64,000 bases of DNA from the NCBI GenBank assembly GCA_965644315.1, contig CBFFRQ010000063.1, positions 1-64,000 on the forward strand. Reading direction: 5' to 3'. How positions within the stretch are numbered: the stretch's first letter is position 1; every line of letters starts with the position of its first letter. The stretch comes from Caecitellus pseudoparvulus. Its lineage: Eukaryota > Protista > Bigyra: Bicosoecida. A model generated the notes under the pieces. It searched no databases, had not been told where the DNA came from, and saw nothing but the letters and a program-made list of their open reading frames with translations. Of the stretch, positions 1-11,642 are shown piece by piece. A program made the position numbers and the translations under genes.

Positions 1-33
1 CTCTGTAAGGAGAGTTTGAAGAGTGTTTTTTTT

Positions 34-244
34 CTAGAGCTCAATTTTGCGCTAGTGAAGTGAGTGGGGCGACTGCAATGCTAGTGAGAATGCATGCCCA
101 GAGGCACACTAGTGAGCGGGGGTGGTTGTGCTCGGTACTAGTAAATTTCGCTGGGCGAGGCGCTACTAGTACGGAGGGCCGCCCAGCGCACTACTAGCGC
201 ACCGCCCAGCTGGACATTTTTCCTAGTAGTACATTCTTCGCTAG
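34..244. repeat. Left subterminal CTAG array (9 copies, phased)
   Basis: CTAG starts at 34, 52, 81, 109, 138, 166, 194, 223 and 241. Spacings are 18, 29, 28, 29, 28, 28, 29, 18, with non-repeating sequence in between. Confidence 0.9.
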
Positions 245-359
245 CGCAACAAGTTCGGTCTGCCGTGAATCGATTGCATTGAAACACACCTTGACAACCT
301 GAAGAACAATGAAGTAGCTTCAGCACGGATGGCTCGGCGCCAGGTCGAGGGAGGGCATG

Positions 360-2401
360 TCAGGTTATCCTGGACACAATTTTGTGCGTAAGCACGGCCA
401 TCTCCGTCTGTACGTGGTGCTTCATGCGTAACGACGTCCACAGCATGGCCAACATACAGCACGCACGCACCTTGTCGTCAACGGTCAGGCTGCTCAGGTC
501 CCCACAATCAGTCACCCACTGCTTGTTCTTCACGTTCAAGCAGTCGACAGCAACGTTGTACGCAGCCTCCATCCATCGTAAGACAATCCTGGCCCCTTTT
601 GCCACATCTTCTGGGCCACTGAGCGCCGCTTCCAAACGCCTGAAGCTGGGGTCGAAACGGGGGCCGCTACTGGAGTCCTCGGATCCCCGGCGTTTGAAAA
701 CAGCCTTGATGGTGGTATGATTGACGATGGCCTCACGGGCAACGTTGACTTCCTGCAAGCACAGGCGGTGCCTTGATCGATCAGCCCTTTTTTTGCCCCT
801 CTCAGCCTGTGGCACAAAGAGAATGCATGAGAAAGGAGCATTCGGGCCCAGCATCACCTGTGCGGGTCTAGACTCACACACATACTTACCTTGGGCACCC
901 AACTGTGGCGGTACTCAGGGTCCTCGGAAGACACCTCGAAGAAGGCTGGGTCGTGGTCAAGCTGAATGCTTGCACCTCCGGTGCACTTCTCATGGACTGG
1001 CTCGTACTTCCTCTGCATCTCGTGCCACGGTTCGAACTTTCCTAGGCATTCCGAACTGCGCAATGCTCAGAAGTCTGCTATGCTGCGCTCCACGGACTCG
1101 GAAGGAGTCCTCTGGGCACTCACCTCGTGATTTTGGCGCGGCACTTGCTCCTGACATTGCTCATGGCGGCCTTCAGCCCGGCGTAACTCGCACTCTTGCT
1201 GCTCTTCGCCATGTCCTTCAGCGCGCAAAGCACGCCACCCCGCTCGGTAAGCTCCTTCTGTATCGAAACCTTCCTCGCTGCTGCTATCACGTTTTCGAGG
1301 CATTTGAACTTCCACGGTGCTGAGAACCTAGGGTCGTCTAGAGCCCGGCTCGTGGCTTGTGCTCCAACCGGCACCCCATCTCCCCCTTCCTCTGTGGCTC
1401 CAGCCACCTCTCGGGCAACGTTCTGCTCGGCCTCAACTGCCTCGATGGCTGCTCGTAGTGTGTCTACCAGGTTCTCGGGGTCTGCCAAGATGAACGAAGG
1501 GTTCTCGAGGATGAGGTCGACCACGATGCGGCGGGCTTCTGCCCTGAACTTTCGGGGCCATGGGATTGAGTCTGCGCCCCCACGGGCTCTAAGAGTTCAC
1601 CCAGCTGGTCTCCCCCACGAGCTCCACGTTTCTTGGAGTTCTTTGCTTCCTGCTTCTGCGTTAGTGGACCAACCATACCCACTACCTGTGAAGTTCTGAA
1701 TTGCCCCAGGCCAAGTGAGAGTTGGACAAGGGACATGGTGTTTGCGCTCCAAACGAAAACCTCGTTCAACAACTCGATGAGACGTTTCTCGCTGGGCGTG
1801 CCAATAGACTCAAGCAGCTCCTTCGCCGATTCAAGCTTCTCAGCAAGGTCAAGCGGCCTTGGTGCCTTGATCGGTCTGCAGCTCGCCATTGTATTTGCGG
1901 CGAAGGCTTCTGGGGAAGGGGAGCGGGATTGGTCCGGTCCAACGAAGCTTAGCAGTGGCCGTTAGAACGCTGTGGCTACCGTGACTGCAGAGCAGGTACG
2001 TACGAGCCGCAATGGCAGCACTAGAACCGCCCCTAGCTGTGCCGAATAGCTCCCTGTCATCAAGGCATGTGAGTGCGTTGGCATCACCTGCACATGATGC
2101 TAGGGTGGGGTGGGGAGGCGCTGCACGGGCGTCGATCCTGTGGCGCGAACCAGTACGTACCATTACCCTCCAGAACGTCAGGCACCCCAACGACGGACCC
2201 AGTGCAGTTGCCAGGGTGAGATGCCCAAAGCACAACATCCCGTCGACGTTTCCCGGCCATCACAGCTTTGGCAGCCGTGCTGCGGTTGAAGAGGTGTGCA
2301 GCCTCGAGGGGTGTGGCGATACTTAACGAAGCCACGACACTTGCCGTTGTGTCCCCTGCATCCTCGCTGTCAGAGCCCATTTCATCAAAGTGAAGTGACA
2401 T
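360..2401 (-). CDS. Transposon accessory protein of unknown function, 8 exons, about 512 aa
   Basis: The minus-strand ORF fragments join into one open frame via GT-AG introns at 2088-2160, 1910-2003, 1696-1760 (weak donor GTTTTC), 1544-1600, 1056-1123, 807-889 and 408-470. Spliced length is 1539 nt. No domain recognised. Confidence 0.65.
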
Positions 2402-2692
2402 GGTGAATGGTTGGGGTGGGTGTGCAACAAAAAGCGTATCTGAGGACTTGGTGGGTCTGAAAGTACATGCAACGGTGGAATGTCGAGACAGACTGGAAAT
2501 GCACTGGACGAGGTTGCAAGGCGCCTTCAATGCCCACAGCCCAACACACACCAACGACCAACATGAAGATGCTACGGCTGCCTGGCATTGTGTTGCGTTC
2601 TCGCCTCGCTGTGCGCGTTGCGTACGTACGGTAGGGGCGCCAACGCAAGCAACGGAACTCCGCCGGTGCCCTCACGCTACAGAAGACTCAGA

Positions 2693-5600
2693 ATGAGCGC
2701 CCGCTGCAAGCTCTGCAACAAGGAGTTCGACGACGAACGAGCTCTTGGCGGCCATATGGTCCATTGTCGTCGCAGGCGGATGAAGGCGTACAAAGAAGCA
2801 CAAGTCCAACGGCTTCGTGAGGTTCAGGAGCGGCTGGCTTCAGAAGCTCGAACTACTCGCCTTGAACGCAAGCGCCACCAGCAAGCCGCGGCGCGGCCTC
2901 AACATGATGTGGGTGCCAAGCGCATGGCAGCCGGGCACTCACAAGGGGGGGTCACCCTTTGCTTTGGTTGTTGAGCCTGTCGCCGCCACCGTCCAAGCCC
3001 AGATGGCACAGCCAGCTCTTCCCCAGCCAACCGGGGGACCACGAAAGCAACCCGGAGCAGCAAAGCACATCCCTCCACGCCACACCGAGCTGGTCGCCAG
3101 AGCCATAGCGCACGCTGATCGGCTGTCAGCACAGAGTGCGGGTAGTGGTGGAGGCATTGGAGGGGGCATGGGCCGGACCATACTCAAGTGTCTGCTGCGC
3201 TTCAACGCCAGCAAGAGTGTGCTGACGGAGATCATCAAGGAGCACAACAAGACGATCAAGACTTCTGAGGTGCTTCTTCGTCAGGAGCATCGCACAGCTC
3301 CACAGTGTCCCATGGTGCCAAGCATCGACAAGCTGCTGGAGATCGCCGCGGAAGGAACCCCCTCCCCGATCTCCATCACTGTACCTTTACCCAAGGGACT
3401 GGCAGGTGGACAGTGCGAAGTGCCTTCCATGCCACTGTGGGACGTGCTTATACGCACGGCTGCCGAAGTACCACTGGAGGACTTCGCCCCTCACCGAGGA
3501 GGTGGCGTCGCCAGTCCAGAGTGGTTCCCATCAACACTTAAGCTGCCAGCACACAATAGCGCTGCCATGAAGGTGAAAGAAAAGTTCCACTTTGCAGACG
3601 GGCTGGCGACAGCGCATTGGAGACGCATGAAGGACGCCTTGCAGCTACCGGGCGGTGGGGAGATCTCGCTCCCTGCCCCCCTCGAGGTTGGCCATTGTAG
3701 CCTCAGAGATCCGGTCAGCGTTGAAAAACAGTTCCGTCCATCCGAAGCTGGGGCGGCAGGACAGACATGGAGCCATCCATCCAATGGCGTCTTCCTGCGC
3801 AATGCGGCTGAACGCGCCAAGGCGCGCGGGGCGCTATCCATGCCGCTGGTCATTTTCATGGACGAAGTGCACCCTGATGGGGCTGGGAAGCATGCATTGT
3901 ATCCCATGATGCTCTGGCCGCTTGCGGGGATGCTGCCTCCATGCGCAAGGCGCACAGGGCAACATTGCTCGCCATGCCCCCGAGCCCAAAGAGACTTCCC
4001 AAGGATGACAACGTGCTGCGAGAGGCGGGCCTGACTTCGGCTGCGGCCACAGCACAAGCAGCACAGTCCATGGTTTTGAGCCTTGTCCTCCAACCCTTGC
4101 TCGCGATCCAGAAGATGGGCGGCATTCCCAAGGAGGTGACTCCAGAGCAGTCCCTTGCACTGAAGTCTGCTGGGTACAGGGTGTCACAGGTGACCGCACA
4201 CAGTCGCCCGAGGCAGCTGGTGGAGTATGTGCAGATGATGCCTTGCATTATCCAGCTGTCGGCGGACATGGTGGAAGCGTGGGATCAGTTTGACTTGCTC
4301 CATCGGCGGTGCGTGCAGTGTCGCTGTGTCCCCGGTCCACAGCTGTCCTCGCTGGCATCGCTGAAACACTGTCAGCTCAGGGTAGGGGAGAGGGAGCCGG
4401 CAGCGATGAGGCAGCCGCGGCCACTGGACATCGCAGAGGGGCACTCAGCGCGTGGGAAGCGGCTGAGAAGGTACTAGGAACCCGGCTGTGCTTCCTGAGG
4501 CCTCCAGATCCCATCCACGCGGCCGACACGGGGGCTGTAGCGGCCCGCTGCGAAAGGTTTGTCCTAGCTGCGATGACTGTCGGTCCAGGACTTGCTGCGA
4601 GGGAAGCACTCCTTAAAAGCCGATGGGAGGCCGTCAAGGGTGTGACCATAAACGGAACTCGGCTTGATGGAGGAAGAGCACTGCCATGGCGGCAGAATGC
4701 TGGGGGTATGATGCGGTCGGCCGAGCGCGTTAGCAGGGCGCAGTGGTTGCCACTCATCGTCGGACACAACCAAGACATTATTGCTGATCCCCAGCTGCAC
4801 ACCATGGTGCAAGTGCTGTGTCACTGTACACTGGTAGTACAGGCATACATGTATGTGCGAGACACACTGGACGAAGCGGCCCTGCTTGGCATGCAGGTTT
4901 GGCTAGCTCGGATGGTTGGCACGCAGGAGCTGATCGCTGAGCTTGTGCAAGAGGCAGCCTCCAAGTCCGGAGGGAGTAGTTTTTCATGCGACACCAGCAC
5001 ACACTATCCCAAGGCCCACGAGATACAGCACCTTCCTGCAGCTGTGGCAGGCTTTGGGGTAGTTGCAGCGCTGGACACTGACAACGGGGAGGGCCGGCAC
5101 CCCGCTCTCATCCGCCTGTGGAAGCTGTGCAACTCTGCGTTTGGGGCAGCCAATATGCCAAAGTTGTTGACGTACGCATCCATCCGCCGAGACATGCTGG
5201 TAAGCGAGGCATGGGTGACGAGCGCCTCATCACAGGTGGCTGGGGAAGAGCTTGCTTGCCTGCTGCAAGGCAGCCCGCTGCCAGAGATGCCGTACCTGTC
5301 CCCTGTAACAAAGGCTCGCGAGGTCCTCCGATCACCAATCACTGTCTGGCAACTGCTCGACAGGGAAGACAGTGGGCTGGCCCGCACAATCCGCGCAGCC
5401 TTGGAGCCCTGCGTGGCCGGAATGTCTCTGGATGGGGTCTTACCTCTAGGGGACGTGAATACCATGCTGCAGAGCGTCTCCAGCACAGTTGGTACTGGAG
5501 ATAGGATGGTGGGACAAGTACGGCTGTGCAGCACCGTCTTGATGTGCTTCCCAGGCGGGAACACGTCGACGCTGTGCTTCCCCGCTTTCGTGGTTGTGCG

Positions 5601-5952
5601 TGAGGAGCAGCAACAAGGGGCAGCCGCGCCAGCCATTGGGAGTGGGTTGTTCCGTGCTGTCGCTGCTCTTGTTGGTGATGCACCCCAGGACCATGAGAAA
5701 GATGCCTCGATTGAGGAGGTGGTGTTGTTGGGGACATTCTTGCACCCAGACGAGGCCCACGCATGTATAGCTGGATGGAAGTACGTGAACCCGCTGGATG
5801 TCGCCCCCCCAGCCAACGCAGTGGGTGGCAGTGTTCTCATCGCTCCAGCGGTGGTTCACCCCACAGTAGTGGAGGGGCACACTTACACAGAGGAGCCGGA
5901 TGGTGACCCGGTTCTCTTCTGGCTGCCGACCATCACAGCGCGGCAGCACTGA
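2693..5952 (+). pseudogene. Plavaka-family (CMC-related) DDE transposase with N-terminal C2H2-like zinc finger; frameshifted as assembled
   Basis: Motifs in order: CKLCNKEFDDERALGGHMVHC (Zn finger); WSHPSNG..PLVIFMDE..YPMML..RKAHRATLLAMP; LSADMVE..CVQC; PPDPIHAADTG; YPKAHEIQHLP..FG..DTDNGEGRH. This matches Plavaka motif order and the CxxC/HxxxH signatures of CMC transposases. The coding sequence spans four ORFs, with a possible intron at 2909-3002 and indels near 3926-3929 and about 4438-4441. Confidence 0.8.
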
Positions 5953-6473
5953 GCTTGTGAGAGCTTTGCGCCACACGCTGGCTGACAAGAGAAGTTCCAT
6001 GCTGCAGCACGGATGGACCACCTTTCATCAGGCCTCCCTCACATTTCATCCATGCCAATGCACCGAGCCTGTCTTGTGGCAGCGAACGTTGCGAAGCTGC
6101 GTGCGCCAGGCACTTGCATCACGGCGAAGCCGTCCAACACCGCTAGCACAAGCCCACCACAAGGCGCCAGGGCCGGCCAAACCTAAGCATAAGTCATGGT
6201 AGGTTTTCCAGGGGCCGGGGACCTGGTGGGAGTCCTACCCGGTTCCGCATGGGAGAGGCGCGGAGAACCCGTTAGAAGCGAAACGCCACACCAGTCGACG
6301 CAGGGCTCTTCCTAGCCCGATAGCATGATCATGGTCCAAACAAAAGCCGTGGTAGTTGTGAGACAACGATGAAGATGGCACACAGAGTCGAAGACTGCAC
6401 CAACATTGTGTTTATTGGTGTGTGTACGAGAGAGGTCTGCTCCACCCACAACGTCAGCTCGAGCTTGCTGCTG

Positions 6474-6811
6474 CACTAGTACAGCTCACCTCACTAGTAC
6501 AGCTGGCCCTCGTGAATCCTGCCTACCGCGCTCACACTAGCGACGCTTTGGACAGGTCTGACGCACTAGCGCACAACCCACCCCTAGTGAACAGGGTGAT
6601 GTGCAGTTTTGGCAAACCCCAAGCACACTAGTATTTCACATCGCCTCTGCGGCTTTCAAGCACTTCACTAGCACGGACTTGACACTAGCACAGCTGACTG
6701 CGTGCACACTGACCCTCATGCTCACACTAGCACGATATTTTTCCATTGTCTTCGCACTAGTACAAGATTCTCACTTAGTAAAAAACACTTTGAACTTGCA
6801 AATTACTAGTG
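6474..6811. repeat. Right subterminal CACTAG array and terminus
   Basis: CTAG at 6476, 6494, 6537, 6566, 6584, 6628, 6668, 6685, 6727, 6757, (TTAG variant at 6775) and 6806, mostly in CACTAG(T/C) context. Spacings recur at 17-18, 29-31 and 40-44. Confidence 0.9.
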
Positions 6812-6945
6812 GGCCATCCTCCAGTGACGGAATGCTTGCCTGCCACACAACCACGTTGACGCAACACAGGACAAAGGCGCTGGAGAGTACATCAAAACCT
6901 CTCAAGTCTCTACGTGCTGCTGCCTAGCGCAGACGCACGTGCGCC

Positions 6946-7995
6946 ATGGCTGCTGCACAGGGCACATCCCTGCAGCCCGAGGCGCTGCCGGGCACCTTGG
7001 GCAGCGTCGGCTTGCCCGGCGGAGAGGGCATGCGAGTGGCAGAGAAGGCTCAAGTGACCCTCGAAGACGGATCAACTGTTCGACGCGATGGTAGAGAATT
7101 GACTGTCCTTGTAGCTGGCGGGTGCGTGTGCGGGCGGCCGCGTGGCTCGAGGAAAGGGTCAGCGCACCAGGTGTCCGCTCTTGCAGAACCGTTGCGAGCT
7201 TTGCAGGGCCAGTGAGCTGGTGTTCCGAGGCAGCGTTCAAGGCACAAGAGCGACCCGACTTCACGAATCACCGGGCTGCAGTGCAGAAGCTGTCCAAGTC
7301 CTTGAACTGGGTCGGAAAGCGGATGTGAGGAGCTGGTGCTGCTGGTTGCCGCGACTCTCCTGCAGCAGCCTTCTCCTCCGCCCCACAGGTGGCAGCGAAG
7401 GTGGGTGAAGGTCAACGCCACCGCCATCACGTACTACAAAGATGAGAAGTGTGATAAGAAAGCAGGCGAAACCATCGCGGTGCTGCCGGGCATGTCGGCG
7501 CGGCTCGTGGCGCCGGACGAGGCAGTGCACGTGAATGCGTTCGAGAAGCCGGGGGCAGGCAAGACTGCCGAGCCTGTGGGGCGAGAGCACGTGGTAGCGC
7601 TCTTTGCTCCGCCCAAACAGGACCCCAGCGTGTCGTTCACTCGCCGGATGAGCCTGGGCGCCAACGCCTCGGACCGGGCAGTAGCTGAAGCTCCAGTTTC
7701 AATGGCAGGAGCACGGACCTTTTACTTTCAGACCGAGTCGGCAGAGGCGGCGCAGGCGCTGGCAGATGCAATCAACTCGAATGTGACGGCGTACATGGCC
7801 TCCCCGGCGGCCCGAGACAGGCTCGTGCGGATGGCTGCGAGCCACCTCGCCGCCGCCGGCATTGACACCTCGGCTGTCGATGTCGCAGCGGCGTTGGACG
7901 GCCTCTTTGCTCCAACAAGCGAAGACAGTGGCACGCTCTCTGAGCCGCCAAGCCAAGGGTTGGGCCCAGCGAAGCCTGGCAACCCTTTTGCGTAG
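6946..7995 (+). CDS. PH-domain protein (multi-exon)
   Basis: WQRRWVKVNATAITYYKDE...FYFQTESAEAAQALADAI resembles a PH fold. Likely introns at about 7122-7207 and 7325-7388. Confidence 0.7.
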
Positions 7996-8323
7996 ACCTG
8001 GGCAGCGTCACTGAGCGAGAGACTACGGGAAACAGTGAAAAAGTCGACATGCTCAGCCAGCAGTCGGGGTGGGATCAGGTGGGTCAGAACCTGGCCCCTT
8101 TGCTATGCTGGGGCGGCAAGCAGGGCGCAGAGCGCACGGCAAGGCCACTGTGATAGCTGCGCAGTTGTGTGCGATACTAACCGAAGAGCATGTGAAAGCA
8201 TGCAGGCCGGGTGGACAAAAAGCGTTCAAGCAGGCGCCCAATCGCACCTTGAGCCTTGAACCCCGAAAATCCACCGGTTTTGGTTGCGCATTCCCCGTTT
8301 TTTGGTTTTGCACTGGTGGCAGC

Positions 8324-10112
8324 ATGGCGGCCGCAGCGTCAGGCAGCACCAAGCGAAAGCGGGGTGACCAAGGCAGCCCAGCTTCGCCGCCAACTTCGCC
8401 TGCCACAGCGACAGTGCCCAGCATGGCAAGCAGCTTTGACACCTCTCGTGTTCGGGCTGTGAACGGCGTTGAGCTTGACGCCTCGGCCATGTCAGGGCCA
8501 GTGGTGTACTGTGCGCGGCGAATGTGACGTCACAGCGCTGACCGCCCCTCGCGCGCACTGGCCATGCCTTCGCGTACCTACGTAGGGATGTCAAGGGATC
8601 AGCGAGCAGATGATAATTGGGCACTGCTTTACGCCCAAGACCGAGCCATAACAGCCGGTGTCCCACTGGGTGCGGCCCAGCGCAGCCCGGCGTGGTGGTC
8701 CAACTTCCGCAACCTGCCCCTTGTCCATGCTTGCAGTGGTGGTGTTCAACTTGGTGGAGGAGTTCCTGGAAGGCACCATTCGCCAATTTGGCTTCATGCT
8801 GAAGGGTCTTCGTGAAGGTGCGGCGCGCCTTGCGAAGGCTTCGGTTGGCGGAAGCGCACGATGCCTCTCCCCTCTTCTCGTCACAGTTGCGTCGGACTTG
8901 GAGGGCAAAGAGGTCCCATTCGTCATGCTGCGAGGCCAAGCTCAGGAAACTGTCCCCGATTTCAGTTCCAGAGTGTCGGCTTCTCTCGTCGTGTCTGACT
9001 TTTCCGCAGTGCGCATCGGCACCGTTTGGCGTCGCGGGGTGGGGTCCGCCTTGCAAGCAGCTGGCATCCCACTGCATGAGGTGGACGCCCACAACATCGT
9101 GCCCGTCTGGCACGCATCACCGAAGCTGGAGTATGCTGCTCGAACCCTGCGCAGCAAGCTGCATGCACAGCTGCCTGCGTACTTGACAGCCTTCCCAGAC
9201 CTGCAGCGGCACCCCATCCCGTGGGAGGACTGCTCAGCCGGCAGCGCGCTGCCTCGGTACCAACCCTACTCCATGAAAGGCGAGGAGGAATCCAAAGTGA
9301 TTGACTGGGATGCGGTCACTGCTAGTCTCTCAGTGGACCGCAGTGTGCCGGAGGTTGCCCAGTTCACACCGGGCCCAGCAGCTGGCCGTGCAGCGCTCGC
9401 CGCCTTCGTCGCTGATTTGAAAGGCTACGCTGCCACACGGAATGACCCAGTGCATGGGAAGCAGTCAGAGCTGTCTCCGTGGTTTCACTTTGGCAACCTG
9501 GCTCCACAGCGGGCGGCACTGGACGTGTCTGCGGCCCGTTCCGGCTCCAACGGCAAGGATGTGGATGCCTTCATTGAGGAGGCTGTCGTGCGCAGAGAGC
9601 TGTCTGACAACTACTGCTACTACAACAACGACGGGTACGACCGCCTGGACGGTCTGTACCCGCAGTTTGGCAACAAGTCCTGGGCCCAGGAGTCACTCGC
9701 AGCCCATGCCGGGGACAAGCGGGAAGTCACGTACACCCAGGATGAACTGGAGCAGGGCCAGACCACTGACGACCTGTGGAACGCGGCCCAACTGCAAATG
9801 GTACATGGTGGCAAGATGCAAGGCTTCATGCGCATGTACTGGGCGAAGAAGATCCTGGAGTGGACGCCGTCCCCAGAGGAAGCCCTTCGCATCGCGATCT
9901 ACCTGAACGACCGGTACTCTCTGGATGGCCGGGACCCCAACGGGTACGTGGGCTGCGCATGGTCCATTGGCGGTGTGCATGACCAGGGCTGGCGTGAGCG
10001 GCCTGTCTTTGGCAAAGTGCGGTACATGAACTACGCCGGCTGCTCCCGCAAGTTCGACATTCAAGCGTACATCAGGAAGGTGAAGAGCATGGTCAAGAAG
10101 ATACGGAAGTAG
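8324..10112 (+). CDS. PHR1: Class II CPD DNA photolyase (3 introns)
   Basis: GPVVY/WMSRDQRADDNWAL, LSPWFHFG, EEAVVRRELSDN, LWNAAQ, GKMQGFMRMYWAKKILEW, LDGRDPNGYVGCAWSIGGVHD, FGKVRYMN. Confidence 0.97.
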
Positions 10113-10428
10113 GTGCTTGAGATGTGCTGCTCCGCATGCATCGCGTACTTGCTGCAGTGAGCAAACCTGGCATTCCTCAGCCTGGTTCAAACGATGGCCG
10201 AGAAGGAGTGGGAGGGATTACGCGGAGCACTTGAGACCACGGGAGCCCACAATCCAAACCTCCAAGAACCATCATGATCCCTAGCTTGCCTCAATTAGGC
10301 AAGAAGCGACTGCGACGTGCCCAAGGCCGCTGTGCCACCCGATCCATCCAGTCCACGGCCCACCATCTTTGCGAGAGAGGCGCATCGAGTACAAGCAACG
10401 CCTGCGACGGCCTGTCCGGTTCCGTATC

Positions 10429-11340
10429 ATGGGCTGCTCGGAGAGCACAGTGCGCAATGCCCATGCAGATGAGTCAGACAGGTTGGGGCTTTCTGTAGAC
10501 GCGCCACCCCCGCCAGCGGCTGATTTCAAGGTAAGCCGCACAGGCTGGCCACGAACGTGCACCAGCGCGGCGCTGCACTTGGCGAGGCTGCACTGCGCTG
10601 TATCTGCCGTGCAGGTCATCATGGCAGGCAACCTGGCCGTCGGCAAGAGCTGCTTGCTGCATAGATTCACGGCAGGGAAGTGGGACTCGACTATACAGCC
10701 CACCATTGGTGCGCAACGCAGGCAGCGTTTCGGCTTGGCGTTTCGTGCACCCGAGTGCATTCCCGCGTTGTCCACTCCGCAGGGGCGGCGTTTGTGTCGC
10801 AAGAGGTTGACGTTCCCAGCACAGCGGGCGTGACAAAAGTCAAGGTGGGAGGCATATGAACTCTACCCCTCCACACAGGCAGCAGGTCACCCTCCACCGC
10901 ACGCTCACGCGCAGCTGAAACTGTGGGACACAGCAGGCGAAGAGGTGTACCGGGCGCTGACGAAGTCGTTTTTCAAAGGGGCTGTCGCTGGAGTCATTGT
11001 CTACGATGTCAGTAACAAGAAGAGCCTCGAGGCGGTGCCTGGCTGGATACGGGACTTTCGGCTGCACGCTCCGGACGGCGTCATCGCTGTCGTGGGCAAC
11101 AAGACTGACCTCCCCCCCGAGAAACACGCGGTGACCAAGGCTGAAGGTGACCAAGTTGTCCGGGCGCTGACCACAGAGATTGAGGCGGCAGGCGGGAGCA
11201 TTGTCCACTTGCACGCGTCGGCGCAGAGCGGCACCGGAGTTGCTGCTGCCTTCATGCATGTCGCGCGGTCCCTTGCTCAGCAGAAGCTGGGGGTCAAGCT
11301 CCCAGCCACGTCTGCCTCGGCAGGAGCTGCAGCGCATTAG
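10429..11340 (+). CDS. Rab5-group small GTPase with N-terminal MGC acylation motif (ARA6/Rab5b-like), 4 exons
   Basis: GNLAVGKS P-loop, spliced PTIG-AAF switch I, WDTAGEE, GNKTDL, ASA. Begins MGCSES and has no C-terminal Cys. Confidence 0.85.
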
Positions 11341-11642
11341 TGCCAGCGTCTCTGTGCAGCTTGCCTTGCTGTGCTGTATCTTCAGCCAGCAAGCCAGTCG
11401 TCGCGGTGTCCCCGTGCATGAGCAGGCATGGCCGCGGCGACAGAAAGTCCCGAGCTTGCTCCATTTTTCAAAACCACGAAATGCATTCGAAGTAGCTGCT
11501 CAGTGCCGCTAACCCCCAAACCCTCGGACATTGATTTACCGAAGGATCTGTGGAATTGAAAGGTCGTTTCTCATCACGAAACGCCCTCACAATCTACACC
11601 AGTCAGACACGCCAGACTTGCGGTTAAACGTCTCAGAGGACC

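Larger units (their letters stand above)
1..6811. mobile_element. Plavaka/CMC (CACTA-related) DNA transposon, about 6.8 kb, with two divergent genes; left end at or just before the window start
   Basis: The right end reads ...AAAAACACTTTGAACTTGCAAATTACTAGTG (reverse complement CACTAGTAA...AGTTCAAAGTGTTTTTT). This imperfectly mirrors the window start CTCTGTAA...AGTTTGAAGAGTGTTTTTTTT. Both ends carry dense CTAG subterminal arrays and the interior encodes a Plavaka-type transposase. The TSD cannot be tested because the left flank is absent. Confidence 0.8.

Noticed and set aside
34-244. CRISPR-like array (regular motif with unique spacers)
   Set aside because: The repeat core is only 4-7 bp, there are no cas genes, and the arrays sit at both ends of a transposon, so subterminal repeats explain it.
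360-2401. Frameshifted pseudogene on the minus strand
   Set aside because: All frame changes are resolved by phase-consistent GT-AG introns.
8818-8886. In-frame stop-free introns (photolyase, Rab, SelO) as regulated intron retention
   Set aside because: Expected by chance for short GC-rich introns; there is no evidence without transcripts.
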